DNA of 62,378 nt, filler included, from 3 parts of 3 records of this genome joined end to end with filler, not necessarily neighbours in it; one strand, 5' to 3'. Counted from the first letter of the whole stretch, positions 9,424 through 20,030 are shown. Notes: generated by a model from the sequence alone, not told the origin. Program-made: numbers and translations.

Positions 9424-10374
9424 TTACAAGCTTTCCAAATACGCATCCACATTCTTTTGGATTCGTTCTTGAATATTGTTCGTATCCGCGCGTTGAAAAT
9501 CCATTCCTGTAATTTTCTCGTAAAGCTCGATGTATCGATCTGTTACAACTTCCACGAAATCATCTGGCATTACAGGCATTGTTTGTCCTTCCAATCCTTG
9601 AAAATTATTCTCAATCAACCATTGGCGAACGAATTCCTTCGAAAGTTGTTTTTGCGGTTCATTCTTCGCTTGTCGCTCTTCATACCCTTCTGCATAAAAA
9701 TAACGCGAAGAATCTGGCGTATGAATTTCATCAATCAAATATACTTTCCCATCACGCAATCCGAATTCATACTTCGTATCTACGAGAATCAAACCGTGTT
9801 CTGCTGCGATTTCTGTTCCTCGTTGGAATAATCTACGTGTGTAATCTTCCAATTGGAGATAAATGTCTTCTGGAACAATGCCTTGGCGAATAATTTCTTC
9901 GCGAGAAATATCTTCATCGTGACCTTCATCTGCTTTCGTTGCAGGGGTAATAATTGGTTCAGGGAACTTGTCGTTCTCTTTCATTCCCTCAGGCATTGTA
10001 ACTCCGCACAATACTCTTCTTCCGGCTTTATACTCGCGAGCTGCGTGTCCAGACATATATCCGCGAATTACCATTTCCACACGAATCGGATCACACGCCA
10101 ATCCAACGGCCACTGAAGGATCTGGAGTTGCAATTAACCAATTCGGAACGATATCTTTCGTTGCATCCAAAAAAAGTGTTGCGACTTGATTCAACACTTG
10201 TCCTTTGAAAGGAATTCCTTTTGGTAAAATGTGATCAAATGCTGAAATTCTATCTGAGGCTACCATAACGAGTAAACCATTGTCCAACGTGTACACATCA
10301 CGTACTTTTCCATTGTATACGTTCGTTTGACCCTTAAATGTAAAAGTGCTTTTGGTAATTGCGTTACTGCTCAT
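9424..10374 (-). CDS. purC: Phosphoribosylaminoimidazolesuccinocarboxamide (SAICAR) synthase
   Basis: [34 protein letters not shown]. Confidence 0.97.
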   Translation of the reverse strand: MSSNAITKSTFTFKGQTNVYNGKVRDVYTLDNGLLVMVASDRISAFDHILPKGIPFKGQVLNQVATLFLDATKDIVPNWLIATPDPSVAVGLACDPIRVEMVIRGYMSGHAAREYKAGRRVLCGVTMPEGMKENDKFPEPIITPATKADEGHDEDISREEIIRQGIVPEDIYLQLEDYTRRLFQRGTEIAAEHGLILVDTKYEFGLRDGKVYLIDEIHTPDSSRYFYAEGYEERQAKNEPQKQLSKEFVRQWLIENNFQGLEGQTMPVMPDDFVEVVTDRYIELYEKITGMDFQRADTNNIQERIQKNVDAYLESL

Positions 10375-10396
10375 GATAAACCGATTAAATGTTCCG

Positions 10397-10404
10397 CAAA
10401 AATA
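10397..10404 (-). promoter_or_regulatory. sigmaA -7 element (TATTTTTG) for purC
   Basis: TAnnTTTG match upstream of the purC ATG. Confidence 0.55.
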
Positions 10405-10570
10405 ATCAAAGTGTGTGAAGTGGACATAAAACCCTTGCGAGTAGTTTTCAACGATTTGCTGATATTTTCACAGTGCAATTAGAATTCATTAAAGCGATTT
10501 AAAATCACGGATATACTTATCTTCGACTCTAAAATGTTAATTACAACACTAAATAATCAATGTTAGCATC

Positions 10571-10972
10571 ATGATCATCCCAAAAGATTGCCCTTGCGGA
10601 AGAAAAAAACAGTACGTGAACTGTTGTGGAAAGTCACATCAAAACGTAGCAAACGCAATAACTGCTGAAGACCTTATGCGATCGCGCTATTCGGCCTTTG
10701 TATTAGCGGATGGCGATTATTTAATGGAAAGTCATCACAGCACAACACGACCTTCGGCTAGAAAAAAAGAACTCGTTCAATGGGCGAAATCCGTAAAATG
10801 GTTAAACCTAGAAATCATGAACACCACTGGCGGATTAGAAGATGATTCGGAAGGAACAGTTGAATTCAAAGCTCATTTTAAAGACAAAACAAAGCCACAA
10901 TTCATTCATCAGAACGCGAAGTTCGTTCGAGAGTATGGACGATGGGCTTATTTGGATGTTGTAGCAAACTAG
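10571..10972 (+). CDS. ychJ: YchJ family protein with SEC-C motif
   Basis: CPCG...CC, TAEDLMRSRYSAF, GTVEFKA, WAYLD. Confidence 0.88.
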   Translation: MIIPKDCPCGRKKQYVNCCGKSHQNVANAITAEDLMRSRYSAFVLADGDYLMESHHSTTRPSARKKELVQWAKSVKWLNLEIMNTTGGLEDDSEGTVEFKAHFKDKTKPQFIHQNAKFVREYGRWAYLDVVAN

Positions 10973-11002
10973 CTGCGTTTTCCACAATTCGAACAGGAAC
11001 AA

Positions 11003-11686
11003 TCAAAAAGAATAATACACCCCAAGATTGAGCTGTCCTTGCAATTTGCGTTTTGGAATCGTAAATAATGGATACACACCTGTCATTCGTGTATTAAATG
11101 AAAACGCTTCATTGATTTTCACAGTGTAATTGAGGTACGGAAGAAATTCCAAAAGTGAATAAGACTGAACGCTTGATCGATTATTTGAATATGCTTGAAC
11201 ACTTGCCCCAACATACGTCGTTGACGTATCCGTATATTCATATCTAGCCGAAAGATATTCGCCATGTGCTCTTCTGCCAAGAGACCAAGTGGCACCAAGA
11301 TCCATACCTACTGCGAGTTTATGATCTTCTTTTTCAAAAACATCCACCCCAATTCCCGCTTGAAATCGGATCATTTTTTCTTTTCTGTATAATTCCGCAG
11401 CTTGAAAACCTCCAAAAGGCAGCGTCGCATAATATTCTATGATACTCGTATCAAAAACCACTTCCTCTGAACGGTTATATTCTCGCTCTGAATATGCAAT
11501 TCCATACTCATGGTACCATTTCGAATTCTCATTAAACCGAAATTGACCGAAGACACCAACATTCCATCCGTGCTCTTTCGAGGAGAAAAAGTCATATCCC
11601 GCCTGAATTCCGAGCGCTCTTTCTCCATTTTGAGCAATGGAGCTCGAAGTAATAAATAGTAGAAATAGAAATTGCAGTTGTTTCAT
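11003..11686 (-). CDS. Putative outer-membrane beta-barrel protein
   Basis: Signal peptide ending IA-Q, alternating aromatic beta-strands, C-terminal LGVYYSF. Confidence 0.65.
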   Translation of the reverse strand: MKQLQFLFLLFITSSSIAQNGERALGIQAGYDFFSSKEHGWNVGVFGQFRFNENSKWYHEYGIAYSEREYNRSEEVVFDTSIIEYYATLPFGGFQAAELYRKEKMIRFQAGIGVDVFEKEDHKLAVGMDLGATWSLGRRAHGEYLSARYEYTDTSTTYVGASVQAYSNNRSSVQSYSLLEFLPYLNYTVKINEAFSFNTRMTGVYPLFTIPKRKLQGQLNLGVYYSF

Positions 11687-11791
11687 CAGTTAAGTTTTAA
11701 AGCACTAACGGTCAATCTATCGTGATCGCATAGGGATCCATTCTTTTTAACATTTCCCAAAATAATCAGTAGAGAACAAAAAAACAATCAA

Positions 11792-11962
11792 TTATTCTGC
11801 AACATCTGTATTGGAATTATCAGAATCCTGATCTTTCATTGTGAGCATTATTTCTTTGCGCTTCAGCTTGTTGAGTTCTTGCTCACGTGCCTTTTTACTC
11901 TTCTTCTGCTGGAGAAGTTTAGTGTGCTTCTTTTTATTAACGGCGTTCTTTTGCTTTGTCAT
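11792..11962 (-). CDS. Small Lys-rich hypothetical protein (56 aa), not in the ORF track
   Basis: ATG 11962 to TAA 11792: MTKQKNAVNKKKHTKLLQQKKSKKAREQELNKLKRKEIMLTMKDQDSDNSNTDVAE; co-directional downstream of phoH. Confidence 0.65.
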   Translation of the reverse strand: MTKQKNAVNKKKHTKLLQQKKSKKAREQELNKLKRKEIMLTMKDQDSDNSNTDVAE

Positions 11963-12024
11963 TTTATTGTTTCATGCGAAAATGAATGAAGTTCAACCGA
12001 CATTCCGATAATCAATGAGGAAAC

Positions 12025-12996
12025 TTATTCTTCTCCTTTCTCCGCTTTTTCCTTCTCCTCTATTTTTTCAAATGCCTCAATAATCTTCTTTACCAAGCTA
12101 TGACGAATAACGTCGGCTTGTCCCATCCGAACAATTCCAACTTCCTCAACTTCTTTCAAAGCATCAATCGCGTAAGCAAGTCCAGAGCGTTGTTTTCTTG
12201 GTAAATCAACCTGTGACATATCTCCTGTAACGACAAATTTTGCGGTCATTCCCATTCGGGTCAAGAACATTTTCATTTGCATCGTTGTGGTATTCTGCGC
12301 TTCATCGAGAATCACAAATGCTTTATCGAGCGTTCTTCCACGCATAAATGCCAATGGAGCAATTTCTATGATTCCAAATTCGATCATATCTGCCAACTTT
12401 TCCGGTGGAATCATGTCGCGCAGTGCATCGTACAACGGCATTAAATATGGATCCAATTTTTCCTTTAAATCTCCCGGAAGGAAACCCAAATTTTCTCCTG
12501 CTTCTACCGCTGGACGCGTTAAAATGATTCGTTTAACCTCTTTGGCTTTCAACGCGCGAACTGCCAATGCAACGGCAGTATACGTTTTTCCAGTACCAGC
12601 AGGACCAACAGCAAAAACCATATCGCGTTTGTTCACAAACTCCACCAATTTTCGTTGATTGATCGTCTTCGCCTTAATCTTTGCACCCTGATTTCCATGA
12701 ACGAGTATTTCTGAACCGTTTCCAGAATGCAGAAGCTTCGATCCATCATCCAACATCAAGTTATCGATATTGTTTTCAGTAATGTGATTGTACTGATGAA
12801 AATGCTGGATGATTAACTCAAACTTTCGTTCAAATTGATCCATCATTTCTTCATCTCCAGCAATGGTAACTACATTACCTCTCGCTGCGACTCTTAATTT
12901 TGGGAAGAAGGTCTTAATATGGTTCAAAGTGTCATTATTCACTCCGAGCACTTCCACGGGATTGATTCCTTGGATTTCAATTTTTCTTTCTAACAA
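12025..12996 (-). CDS. phoH: PhoH family ATPase
   Basis: GPAGTGKT, RPAVEAGENLGFLPGD, FMRGRT, LDEAQN. Confidence 0.95.
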   Translation of the reverse strand: MLERKIEIQGINPVEVLGVNNDTLNHIKTFFPKLRVAARGNVVTIAGDEEMMDQFERKFELIIQHFHQYNHITENNIDNLMLDDGSKLLHSGNGSEILVHGNQGAKIKAKTINQRKLVEFVNKRDMVFAVGPAGTGKTYTAVALAVRALKAKEVKRIILTRPAVEAGENLGFLPGDLKEKLDPYLMPLYDALRDMIPPEKLADMIEFGIIEIAPLAFMRGRTLDKAFVILDEAQNTTTMQMKMFLTRMGMTAKFVVTGDMSQVDLPRKQRSGLAYAIDALKEVEEVGIVRMGQADVIRHSLVKKIIEAFEKIEEKEKAEKGEE

Positions 12997-13110
12997 TAGA
13001 AATAATGTTTAGTTAAATTTTCGCGGTGCAAATCTCCTAATAACTCAGGATTTCTCACCGACATCTTTCCATAACACCTAAAAAGTAGGACTAAATACCG
13101 ATTTAAGCGT

Positions 13111-13118
13111 TATTTTTG
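13111..13118 (+). promoter_or_regulatory. sigmaA -7 element (TATTTTTG) for the DUF62 operon
   Basis: TAnnTTTG match upstream of 13166. Confidence 0.5.
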
Positions 13119-13165
13119 ATTCAAATTTAGAAAATAATTTGCTCCGTTAGAGGGAATTTATCAGG

Positions 13166-14023
13166 ATGAAAGTTATAACACTCACAACAGACATGGGATT
13201 AAGCGACCACTACGTGGCATCGTTGAAAGGAACAATCCTCCGTTTGGCGAGTGACGCGAGTATTGTTGACATCACCCATTCTGTTCGTCCTTTTGATATT
13301 TCCGAAGCTGCATTTCATGTTCAATCGTGTTATAAAGACTTTCCTGATGGAACGGTACACGTAATTGGTGTAGACAGCGAGCCTGTTGTGAATTTTGGAG
13401 GTTCCGACGGAAGTTTTCCAAGTATTATGGAATTCAACAATCACTATTTTATTTGTTGTGACAATGGATTTTTCGGTGCTTTTCTAGGAGAACATCGTCC
13501 AGATGGATTTTGGCAAATTGACAATGTGCTTTCCAATCCAAAACTGTTCAAATTTCCGACAAAAAATATTTTATTGGTGGCTGCAGGACAACTTCTTAAT
13601 GGAGAAAAACCTTCAGATATCGGTTCTCCAATAGAACGGTACAAAAATGCACTTTCGCCAGTAGCAATTTCAGAAACGAACTTAATTAAAGGGTACGTGG
13701 TACACATCGACAGCTATGGAAATGCTATCACGAATATTAATCAAGAATTATTTAATCGTTTTGGTAAGGACACGCCTTTCATCATTTATTTCAAGCGAAA
13801 GGATTATTACATCGATGTGATTTCAGGAGCCTACAACGAAGTTCCTCAAGGTGAGCGCGTGGCTATTTTTAACGAAAATAACTTTCTCGAAATCGCAATT
13901 AATCGCGGAGCAAGCGGAAGTACGGGCGGAGCTGAACAACTTTTTGGCTTGCGTAAAAACGACATGATTCGCATTGAATTTACTCCGCAAGGTTCTCGAG
14001 ACACTATCGATTCTTTATTCTAA
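13166..14023 (+). CDS. SAM hydroxide adenosyltransferase / chlorinase-fluorinase family (DUF62)
   Basis: ITLTTDMG, VDITH, CDNG, HIDSYGNAITNI, LEIAIN. Confidence 0.9.
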   Translation: MKVITLTTDMGLSDHYVASLKGTILRLASDASIVDITHSVRPFDISEAAFHVQSCYKDFPDGTVHVIGVDSEPVVNFGGSDGSFPSIMEFNNHYFICCDNGFFGAFLGEHRPDGFWQIDNVLSNPKLFKFPTKNILLVAAGQLLNGEKPSDIGSPIERYKNALSPVAISETNLIKGYVVHIDSYGNAITNINQELFNRFGKDTPFIIYFKRKDYYIDVISGAYNEVPQGERVAIFNENNFLEIAINRGASGSTGGAEQLFGLRKNDMIRIEFTPQGSRDTIDSLF

Positions 14024-14028
14024 ACGTT

Positions 14029-14337
14029 ATGATTACACGAATAGTCAAACTCGAGTTTCAACAAGATAAAATTGACGAATTCTTGGCATTTTTTGAAGGA
14101 ATTAAGGATGTCGTGAATACCTTCCCTGGCTGTCTTGGAATGAAACTCTATCGAGATATTGATCAACCAACGATTGTGATGACCTACAGTCATTGGGAAA
14201 ATGCAGAAGCGCTTGAGAACTATCGCATCTCAGGAGCATTTGGAAAAATCTGGCCAACCATTAAACCTTGGTTCTCCGCACGTCCGCAAGCGTGGAGCGT
14301 TCAAGCGCATTTTGATGGGTTTAACATGACCAACTAA
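14029..14337 (+). CDS. Antibiotic biosynthesis monooxygenase (ABM) domain protein
   Basis: MITRIVKLEF...FPGC...TYSHWE...YRIS pattern. Confidence 0.85.
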   Translation: MITRIVKLEFQQDKIDEFLAFFEGIKDVVNTFPGCLGMKLYRDIDQPTIVMTYSHWENAEALENYRISGAFGKIWPTIKPWFSARPQAWSVQAHFDGFNMTN

Positions 14338-14345
14338 GCATATAA

Positions 14346-15059
14346 ATGAATTACTTTTTACCTATTATCTTCGCTTTTATTTCAACATTGACAACCGCTC
14401 AAAAAAATGTGGTTCTCGTCATTATTGATGGATATACCAATGAACCAATCGAGAATTGTGACGTTCAGATAACCGGAGACAAGAAGATTCGTAAAGAAAC
14501 AACTTCAAAACAAGGTTTATTAGAACTAGACCCGAAGGTGATCCAGAATGCTAAAATTGAGATTAAGAATAACGAACTTCAAAAGCTGTTTAATTCAGTT
14601 ACACTGGGTGAAAGCACCTCAGATACGCTAATAGTATACATGATTCCCACGCGTGAATACGAAGAGAAAATGTTTGCTCTCGAAGATGAAAAATATGGAG
14701 TTTCACGTTCGAAGACAGACGTTTACAAAACAGACACACTAGGTTCAGAGAACGATTCCTTATTTGTTGCTGCTATTTTTGGAAATGGTTCTGCCGATAT
14801 GCAAAGTCATATCGCAATGAACGTAGAATACCCTGAGATTTCGAAAATAATGGGAGATCAAGGTATCGTATATAGTGAATTCATTGTTGAAAAAGACGGA
14901 GCAATTACTCACGTTGAAACGTTACGGTCTGTGAGTAGTGAATTAGACAGTGAAGCAAAAAGAATTATTCGATCAATGCGTTTTTGGACTCCGGCAGAAT
15001 ATGATGGTCAAAAAGTGAGAACGCGTTGTACCTTACCGATTAGATTTGTACTGGATTAA
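14346..15059 (+). CDS. Exported protein with TonB C-terminal domain
   Basis: Signal peptide TA-Q; C-terminal YPEIS...QGIVYSEFIVEKDG...WTPA...LPIRFVL. Confidence 0.75.
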   Translation: MNYFLPIIFAFISTLTTAQKNVVLVIIDGYTNEPIENCDVQITGDKKIRKETTSKQGLLELDPKVIQNAKIEIKNNELQKLFNSVTLGESTSDTLIVYMIPTREYEEKMFALEDEKYGVSRSKTDVYKTDTLGSENDSLFVAAIFGNGSADMQSHIAMNVEYPEISKIMGDQGIVYSEFIVEKDGAITHVETLRSVSSELDSEAKRIIRSMRFWTPAEYDGQKVRTRCTLPIRFVLD

Positions 15060-15169
15060 TCCTTTTTTTACTGTAACACTCTTTGCAATCAGTCGTTATT
15101 AAAGCCTCCCATTTAATAAATCATTCGCTCACATCATCAATTCCGAGTCGAGGATTCAAAAGGAAATCT

Positions 15170-15177
15170 TATTTTTG
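15170..15177 (+). promoter_or_regulatory. sigmaA -7 element (TATTTTTG) for gldFG
   Basis: TAnnTTTG match upstream of the gldF ATG. Confidence 0.5.
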
Positions 15178-15200
15178 ATGTTCAATTCTGAGAAGCTAAT

Positions 15201-15938
15201 ATGCGCGCACTTTATTTTAAAGAAATTCGAAGTTTTTTAAGTTCAATCATCGGCTACGTTTTCATCCTGATTTATCTTATTGCTTCAGGATTATTTCATT
15301 GGGTAATTTCTGGAGAAACAGGAACAAACTTACTCGAAGGTCAAGAGGCGGACATGATCCCGTTTTTTAACCTTTCTCCCGTTATTTTCTTAATTCTTAT
15401 TCCTGCGATCACGATGCGTTCAATTGCTGAAGAACGAAGAACAGGAACGATTGAATTGTTGTTTACTCGTCCGATTTCCGATTTAAAAATCTTATTGGCC
15501 AAATACTTCGCTGGAGTGACCTTGCTTATTGTTGCACTTGCACCCACAATCGTTTATTACGTTTCCATGTACTATCTTGGAAATCCAGTTGGAATTATTG
15601 ACGCAGGAGCAACATTTACTTCGTATATAGGATTAATTCTCTTGGGAGCAACGTTTGTGGCAATTGGGACTTTTGCATCCACATTGACGAGTAGCCAAAT
15701 TGTTGCCTTTATCCTAGCCATGTTTCTTTGCTGGCTATTTTACGACGGATTTGCCCTTCTTGGATCTTTTAACCTAATGGGTGGATTCGATTCTGTGATT
15801 CAATATTGCGGAATTTCATTCCATTATGACGGTATAAAACGCGGAGTTTTTGACACGAAAAATCTCATTTACTTCATCACTGTTATCTCAATGTTCATTT
15901 TCGCTGCTCTAACGGTGATTAAATCTCTTAAAAAGTAA
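15201..15938 (+). CDS. gldF: Gliding motility ABC transporter permease GldF
   Basis: KEIRSFLSS, IPAITMRSIAEERRTGTIELL; precedes gldG. Confidence 0.9.
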   Translation: MRALYFKEIRSFLSSIIGYVFILIYLIASGLFHWVISGETGTNLLEGQEADMIPFFNLSPVIFLILIPAITMRSIAEERRTGTIELLFTRPISDLKILLAKYFAGVTLLIVALAPTIVYYVSMYYLGNPVGIIDAGATFTSYIGLILLGATFVAIGTFASTLTSSQIVAFILAMFLCWLFYDGFALLGSFNLMGGFDSVIQYCGISFHYDGIKRGVFDTKNLIYFITVISMFIFAALTVIKSLKK

Positions 15939-15942
15939 GGCA

Positions 15943-17730
15943 ATGGCAAAAGAGAAAAACATTTCGAAAGGAATTTACAATTGGTCATTTTTACTAATCG
16001 TAATCGTTGGGGTGATCATTGTGAACATCATCTCATCCTTGGCTTATCGCAGGGTAGACATGACCGAAGATCAGCGTTACTCGTTAGCGGCTGGCACAAA
16101 GGAATTTTTAGAAAACGAAAAGAATTTCCCCAATCGTATAAATATTAAAATTTATCTGGATGGAAAACTTCCTGCTGAGATGAGTCGTTTTCGTAACTCA
16201 TTGGAAGATAAATTAAAAGAGTTTAAGCTCTATGCTGGGAAACGAATTGAGTATCAGTTCATTGATCCAAATGCCAACAGCGACGAAGAGAATCGTGAAC
16301 TTCAAAGAGAAATCTACGCTGAAGGAAAGGGAATCATTCCTATGGATATCATCTATATGAAAGATGGTACACAGAGTCAAATGACTGTTTTCCCTGGTGC
16401 AATTATAGAATATGAAGGATCAACTGTTGGTTCTGTTCAGCTACTTCCTGGCTCAAAATTGGGAATGCCTTATCAATTGAGTGCATTGGGAGACGTAATC
16501 CAAAATTCGATCAACAATCTAGAATACATGTTGATCAGTTCGATTCGTCGTTCTACTCAAGAATTCAAACCGAGAATCGCCTTTTTGAGCGGTCATGGTG
16601 AATTGCAGTTCCAAAACACGCAGCGCGCTAGATCATTAATCTCACCTTACTTTTCAATCAGAGATATAAATTTAAACGACTCTATTCACGCTTTGGATGA
16701 CGTAGATGGATTGGTGATCGCACGTCCAACACAGCCGTTTAGCGATAAAGATCTGTACATTATTGATCAATTTGTAATGCGCGGAGGACGATTAATGTGC
16801 TTTTTGGACAAGCTTGAAATGAACGAAGATTCATTGAATGCCAACGGAGAAGTGCATACAACACGTAGAGAATTGCGCCTCGATAGAATGCTGTTCGATT
16901 ACGGATTAAAAATCAACGACAACTATTTACTGGACGCTCGTTGCGCGGCAAAGCAGGTTCCATTCGCAAAGCAATCGCTCGTGCCGTGGTTTTTCCACAT
17001 ATTGGCAACACCAACCAATCATCCGATTGCAAGAAACGTGGAGCCGGTTGCATTAAAGTATGTGAATGAGATTCAATTTGTGGGGAAAAGTGAAAAAATT
17101 GCCCTCACTCCTATTTTGACAACAAGCAGCAATTCCACGGCAACTGGACTCGCTCCACTTGTAAACTTGGCAATGCCATTGAATTACGGTGACAACCCGC
17201 AGTTAGTTCCGAATCCTCAGAATGAAGCAAACAAAAAATGTATTGCAGGACTCGCTGAAGGATTATTCGAATCGCATTTTAAAAGTAGAATTGTAGACGA
17301 ATTCGCGAACAATCCAGATGCTAACTACCTCAAAGAAAGCAAAGAAGAAGGAAAAGTACTTTTGGTTGGAAATGGTCGATTTATAGAAAACAAATACGAT
17401 TCCATGCCGAACAAGCAAGGAACGGGTTACATGTATCGCCCTAGCCAGTTAAATGATCTTCAATACAGCGAAGACATGGTGAACCTGAAAATTCGTCACT
17501 TTTTTGGAAATCAAGAATTTTTCCAAAACATGACGGATTATATGATGGGCGACAATTCTGTGCTCGACATTAGAAGTAGACAGATTGATATCCACGCGAT
17601 TGACAACGAAAAGGTAAAAGCGGATGCGACATTCTATAAAGTTGTGAATGTTGGATTGCCGATTTTAATCGTTCTTTTGGTTGCTTTCGGACTCAACTTT
17701 ATGCGTAAACATCGATTTGCAAAATCGTAA
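15943..17730 (+). CDS. gldG: Gliding motility ABC transporter auxiliary protein GldG
   Basis: RVDMTEDQRYSL, LSGHGEL, IDQFVMRGG, C-terminal TM. Confidence 0.9.
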   Translation: MAKEKNISKGIYNWSFLLIVIVGVIIVNIISSLAYRRVDMTEDQRYSLAAGTKEFLENEKNFPNRINIKIYLDGKLPAEMSRFRNSLEDKLKEFKLYAGKRIEYQFIDPNANSDEENRELQREIYAEGKGIIPMDIIYMKDGTQSQMTVFPGAIIEYEGSTVGSVQLLPGSKLGMPYQLSALGDVIQNSINNLEYMLISSIRRSTQEFKPRIAFLSGHGELQFQNTQRARSLISPYFSIRDINLNDSIHALDDVDGLVIARPTQPFSDKDLYIIDQFVMRGGRLMCFLDKLEMNEDSLNANGEVHTTRRELRLDRMLFDYGLKINDNYLLDARCAAKQVPFAKQSLVPWFFHILATPTNHPIARNVEPVALKYVNEIQFVGKSEKIALTPILTTSSNSTATGLAPLVNLAMPLNYGDNPQLVPNPQNEANKKCIAGLAEGLFESHFKSRIVDEFANNPDANYLKESKEEGKVLLVGNGRFIENKYDSMPNKQGTGYMYRPSQLNDLQYSEDMVNLKIRHFFGNQEFFQNMTDYMMGDNSVLDIRSRQIDIHAIDNEKVKADATFYKVVNVGLPILIVLLVAFGLNFMRKHRFAKS

Positions 17731-17742
17731 ATACATTATCCT

Positions 17743-18789
17743 ATGAAAAAAATTATCATTCTAATCGTTTCATTAGTTATCGTTACCGGATTGGGGTACT
17801 ATGCGTACAAACTCCTTGGTGATAAGGGGAAATCAGACACTGAGTTAATCGAATTTGCTGTTCAAGACATTGAATCTGTTGACAAAGTGATTATTACGGA
17901 TCGATTTTCTCAAATGATTGAACTGAAAAAAACAGATGATGAGTCTTGGACAGACGAGGATGGAAACTGTGTAGTTCAAGAAAATGTAAACTACATTCTC
18001 GAAGCAATCAAAACCATCGAGTTCAAAGGGTACGTTCCTGACAACTCCTTGAAGCGCTACACGAATATGATGTCCTCGCAACACGTTAAGGTAGAAATCT
18101 TTCAAAATGGTTCGTGGACAAAAACGTGGTACATCGGTCCAGCATCCCAAGATCACCTTGGACAAATTATGCTTCTCGATTCAAAAGAACTTGGAAAAAG
18201 TGCTTTCCCTGTTGTCATGAAGCTCAAAGGGCACCATGGAATTATCGATGCTCGTTTTTACACAGACAAACGTCAATGGGCGTGTACCAATATTTTCTCG
18301 TTAGACCCGAGTAAAATCTCTAAAGTAAAAGTTGATTTCAGAGAAATTCCAGCAAAAAGCTTTTCTGTAGAGAAAAAAGGGACAAATATGAATGTGTATC
18401 AGCAGGGACAATTATTAGCTAATGTGGATACAGCCAGTATTTTTAGATACTTGTTAGGGTTCAAGAAAGTGCATTTTAACTCAGCAAATTACGAGTTAAA
18501 CCACAAGCAATTGGACAGCTTAAAAAGATCAAAGCCATTTGCTGTACTGAGTGTAACAGAAACGAACAATAAGACGACTCAATTAAAGTGTTACCGTTCT
18601 TTCTACAAGATAGAAACAGAAGGAGGATTGAAGCTCGAAGAAGAAATGGATTTAGATCGATTTTGGTGCGAACTTCCGAATGGAACAGTTGTTAAATGTC
18701 AATATTTCGTATTCAATCCACTCCTAATGGGTCAAGTTTTCTTCCCGATGAATCTTACTGGGTTAACCGAGGAGCAGATCCTATTTTAG
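17743..18789 (+). CDS. DUF4340-like membrane-anchored protein
   Basis: N-terminal TM, repeated beta-rich modules, position between gldG and dnaN. Confidence 0.6.
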   Translation: MKKIIILIVSLVIVTGLGYYAYKLLGDKGKSDTELIEFAVQDIESVDKVIITDRFSQMIELKKTDDESWTDEDGNCVVQENVNYILEAIKTIEFKGYVPDNSLKRYTNMMSSQHVKVEIFQNGSWTKTWYIGPASQDHLGQIMLLDSKELGKSAFPVVMKLKGHHGIIDARFYTDKRQWACTNIFSLDPSKISKVKVDFREIPAKSFSVEKKGTNMNVYQQGQLLANVDTASIFRYLLGFKKVHFNSANYELNHKQLDSLKRSKPFAVLSVTETNNKTTQLKCYRSFYKIETEGGLKLEEEMDLDRFWCELPNGTVVKCQYFVFNPLLMGQVFFPMNLTGLTEEQILF

Positions 18790-18862
18790 ACATTTGAAAA
18801 TCCTTGTTAATAACTAAGGAAAAAAACGGCGCGTTTATTCCATGAGTTCCTAGTGAATTTGA

Positions 18863-18870
18863 TAGTTTTG
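18863..18870 (+). promoter_or_regulatory. sigmaA -7 element (TAGTTTTG) for dnaN
   Basis: TAnnTTTG match upstream of the dnaN ATG. Confidence 0.5.
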
Positions 18871-18889
18871 GATGATAAATTAACTTCAG

Positions 18890-20005
18890 ATGAATTTTGT
18901 TATATCAAGTGCAACCTTACTCAAGCATCTCCAAGGAATTTCAGGAGTTCTAAGCACGAGTAACACCTTGCCTATTCTAGATAACTTTCTCTTCGAGATT
19001 GCCGAAGGTCGCCTTACTGCGTCTGCTTCAGATCTTGAAACAACCATGCGTACTTCTATGGAAGTAGAAGCCAAAGAAGGAGGGAAAATCGCTATTCCAG
19101 CTAAATTATTGTTGGATGTGTTGAAAAACCTTCCAGATCAACCATGTACTTTTTTAATCGATGACGAGAATTTCTCAATTGAAATTGCTTACGACAACGG
19201 TAAATCAAAAATGGTTGGATACAATGGTGATGATTTTCCAAGAACGCCAGGATTAGAAAATTCTAATTCTATTCGTATTTCTGGGAGCATTGTTTCTAAC
19301 GCCATCAACAAAACACTTTTTGCAACTGGTGTAGATGATTTACGTCCCGTAATGAGCGGTGTATTTTGTCAATTCTCTCCAGAGAACATTACATTCGTAG
19401 CTACCGATGCACACAAATTAGTTCGTTACACGCGAACAGATTCTCAAGCATCAGGAAGTTCTTCGTTTATTCTTCCAAAGAAGCCTTTGAACTTGTTAAA
19501 AACAAATTTGAAGGGTGACGAAGAAGTTCAATTAGAGTACACTGATTCGAATGCGGTATTCACGTTTAACGACGTTGTACTTATTTGTCGCTTAATTGAT
19601 GGGAAATACCCAAACTACGAAGCGGTAATTCCAAAAGAGAATCCAAATGTACTTACGATAGATCGCTTACAGTTTTTAAGCTCTATCAAGCGTGTTAGTA
19701 TTTTCGCGAACAAAACGACTCATCAAATAAAATTAAAACTCGCGGGAGCCGAATTGGCACTTTCAGCGGAAGACATCGACTTTTCAAACGAAGCAAATGA
19801 GCGATTGACGTGTAACTATGACGGAGACGACATGGAAATCGGGTTTAACTCACGCTTCTTAATGGAAATGTTGAACAATATTGATTCAACGGAGGTTAAA
19901 CTCGCAATGAGTGAGCCAAGCAGAGCGGGAATTTTAACGCCTTCTGTATCTGATGAAGATGAAGATATCTTAATGCTCGTGATGCCGGTGATGTTGAATC
20001 GCTAG
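18890..20005 (+). CDS. dnaN: DNA polymerase III beta sliding clamp
   Basis: LPILDNF, VATDAHKL, RLIDGKYPNYEAVIP, LVMPVM. Confidence 0.98.
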   Translation: MNFVISSATLLKHLQGISGVLSTSNTLPILDNFLFEIAEGRLTASASDLETTMRTSMEVEAKEGGKIAIPAKLLLDVLKNLPDQPCTFLIDDENFSIEIAYDNGKSKMVGYNGDDFPRTPGLENSNSIRISGSIVSNAINKTLFATGVDDLRPVMSGVFCQFSPENITFVATDAHKLVRYTRTDSQASGSSSFILPKKPLNLLKTNLKGDEEVQLEYTDSNAVFTFNDVVLICRLIDGKYPNYEAVIPKENPNVLTIDRLQFLSSIKRVSIFANKTTHQIKLKLAGAELALSAEDIDFSNEANERLTCNYDGDDMEIGFNSRFLMEMLNNIDSTEVKLAMSEPSRAGILTPSVSDEDEDILMLVMPVMLNR

Positions 20006-20030
20006 GAACGAAGAAATTAAGTCAACCAAT

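Noticed and set aside
13166..14023. Fluorinase/chlorinase implying halometabolite synthesis
   Set aside because: It sits in a housekeeping context with no biosynthetic cluster; DUF62 SAM hydrolase is the simpler call.
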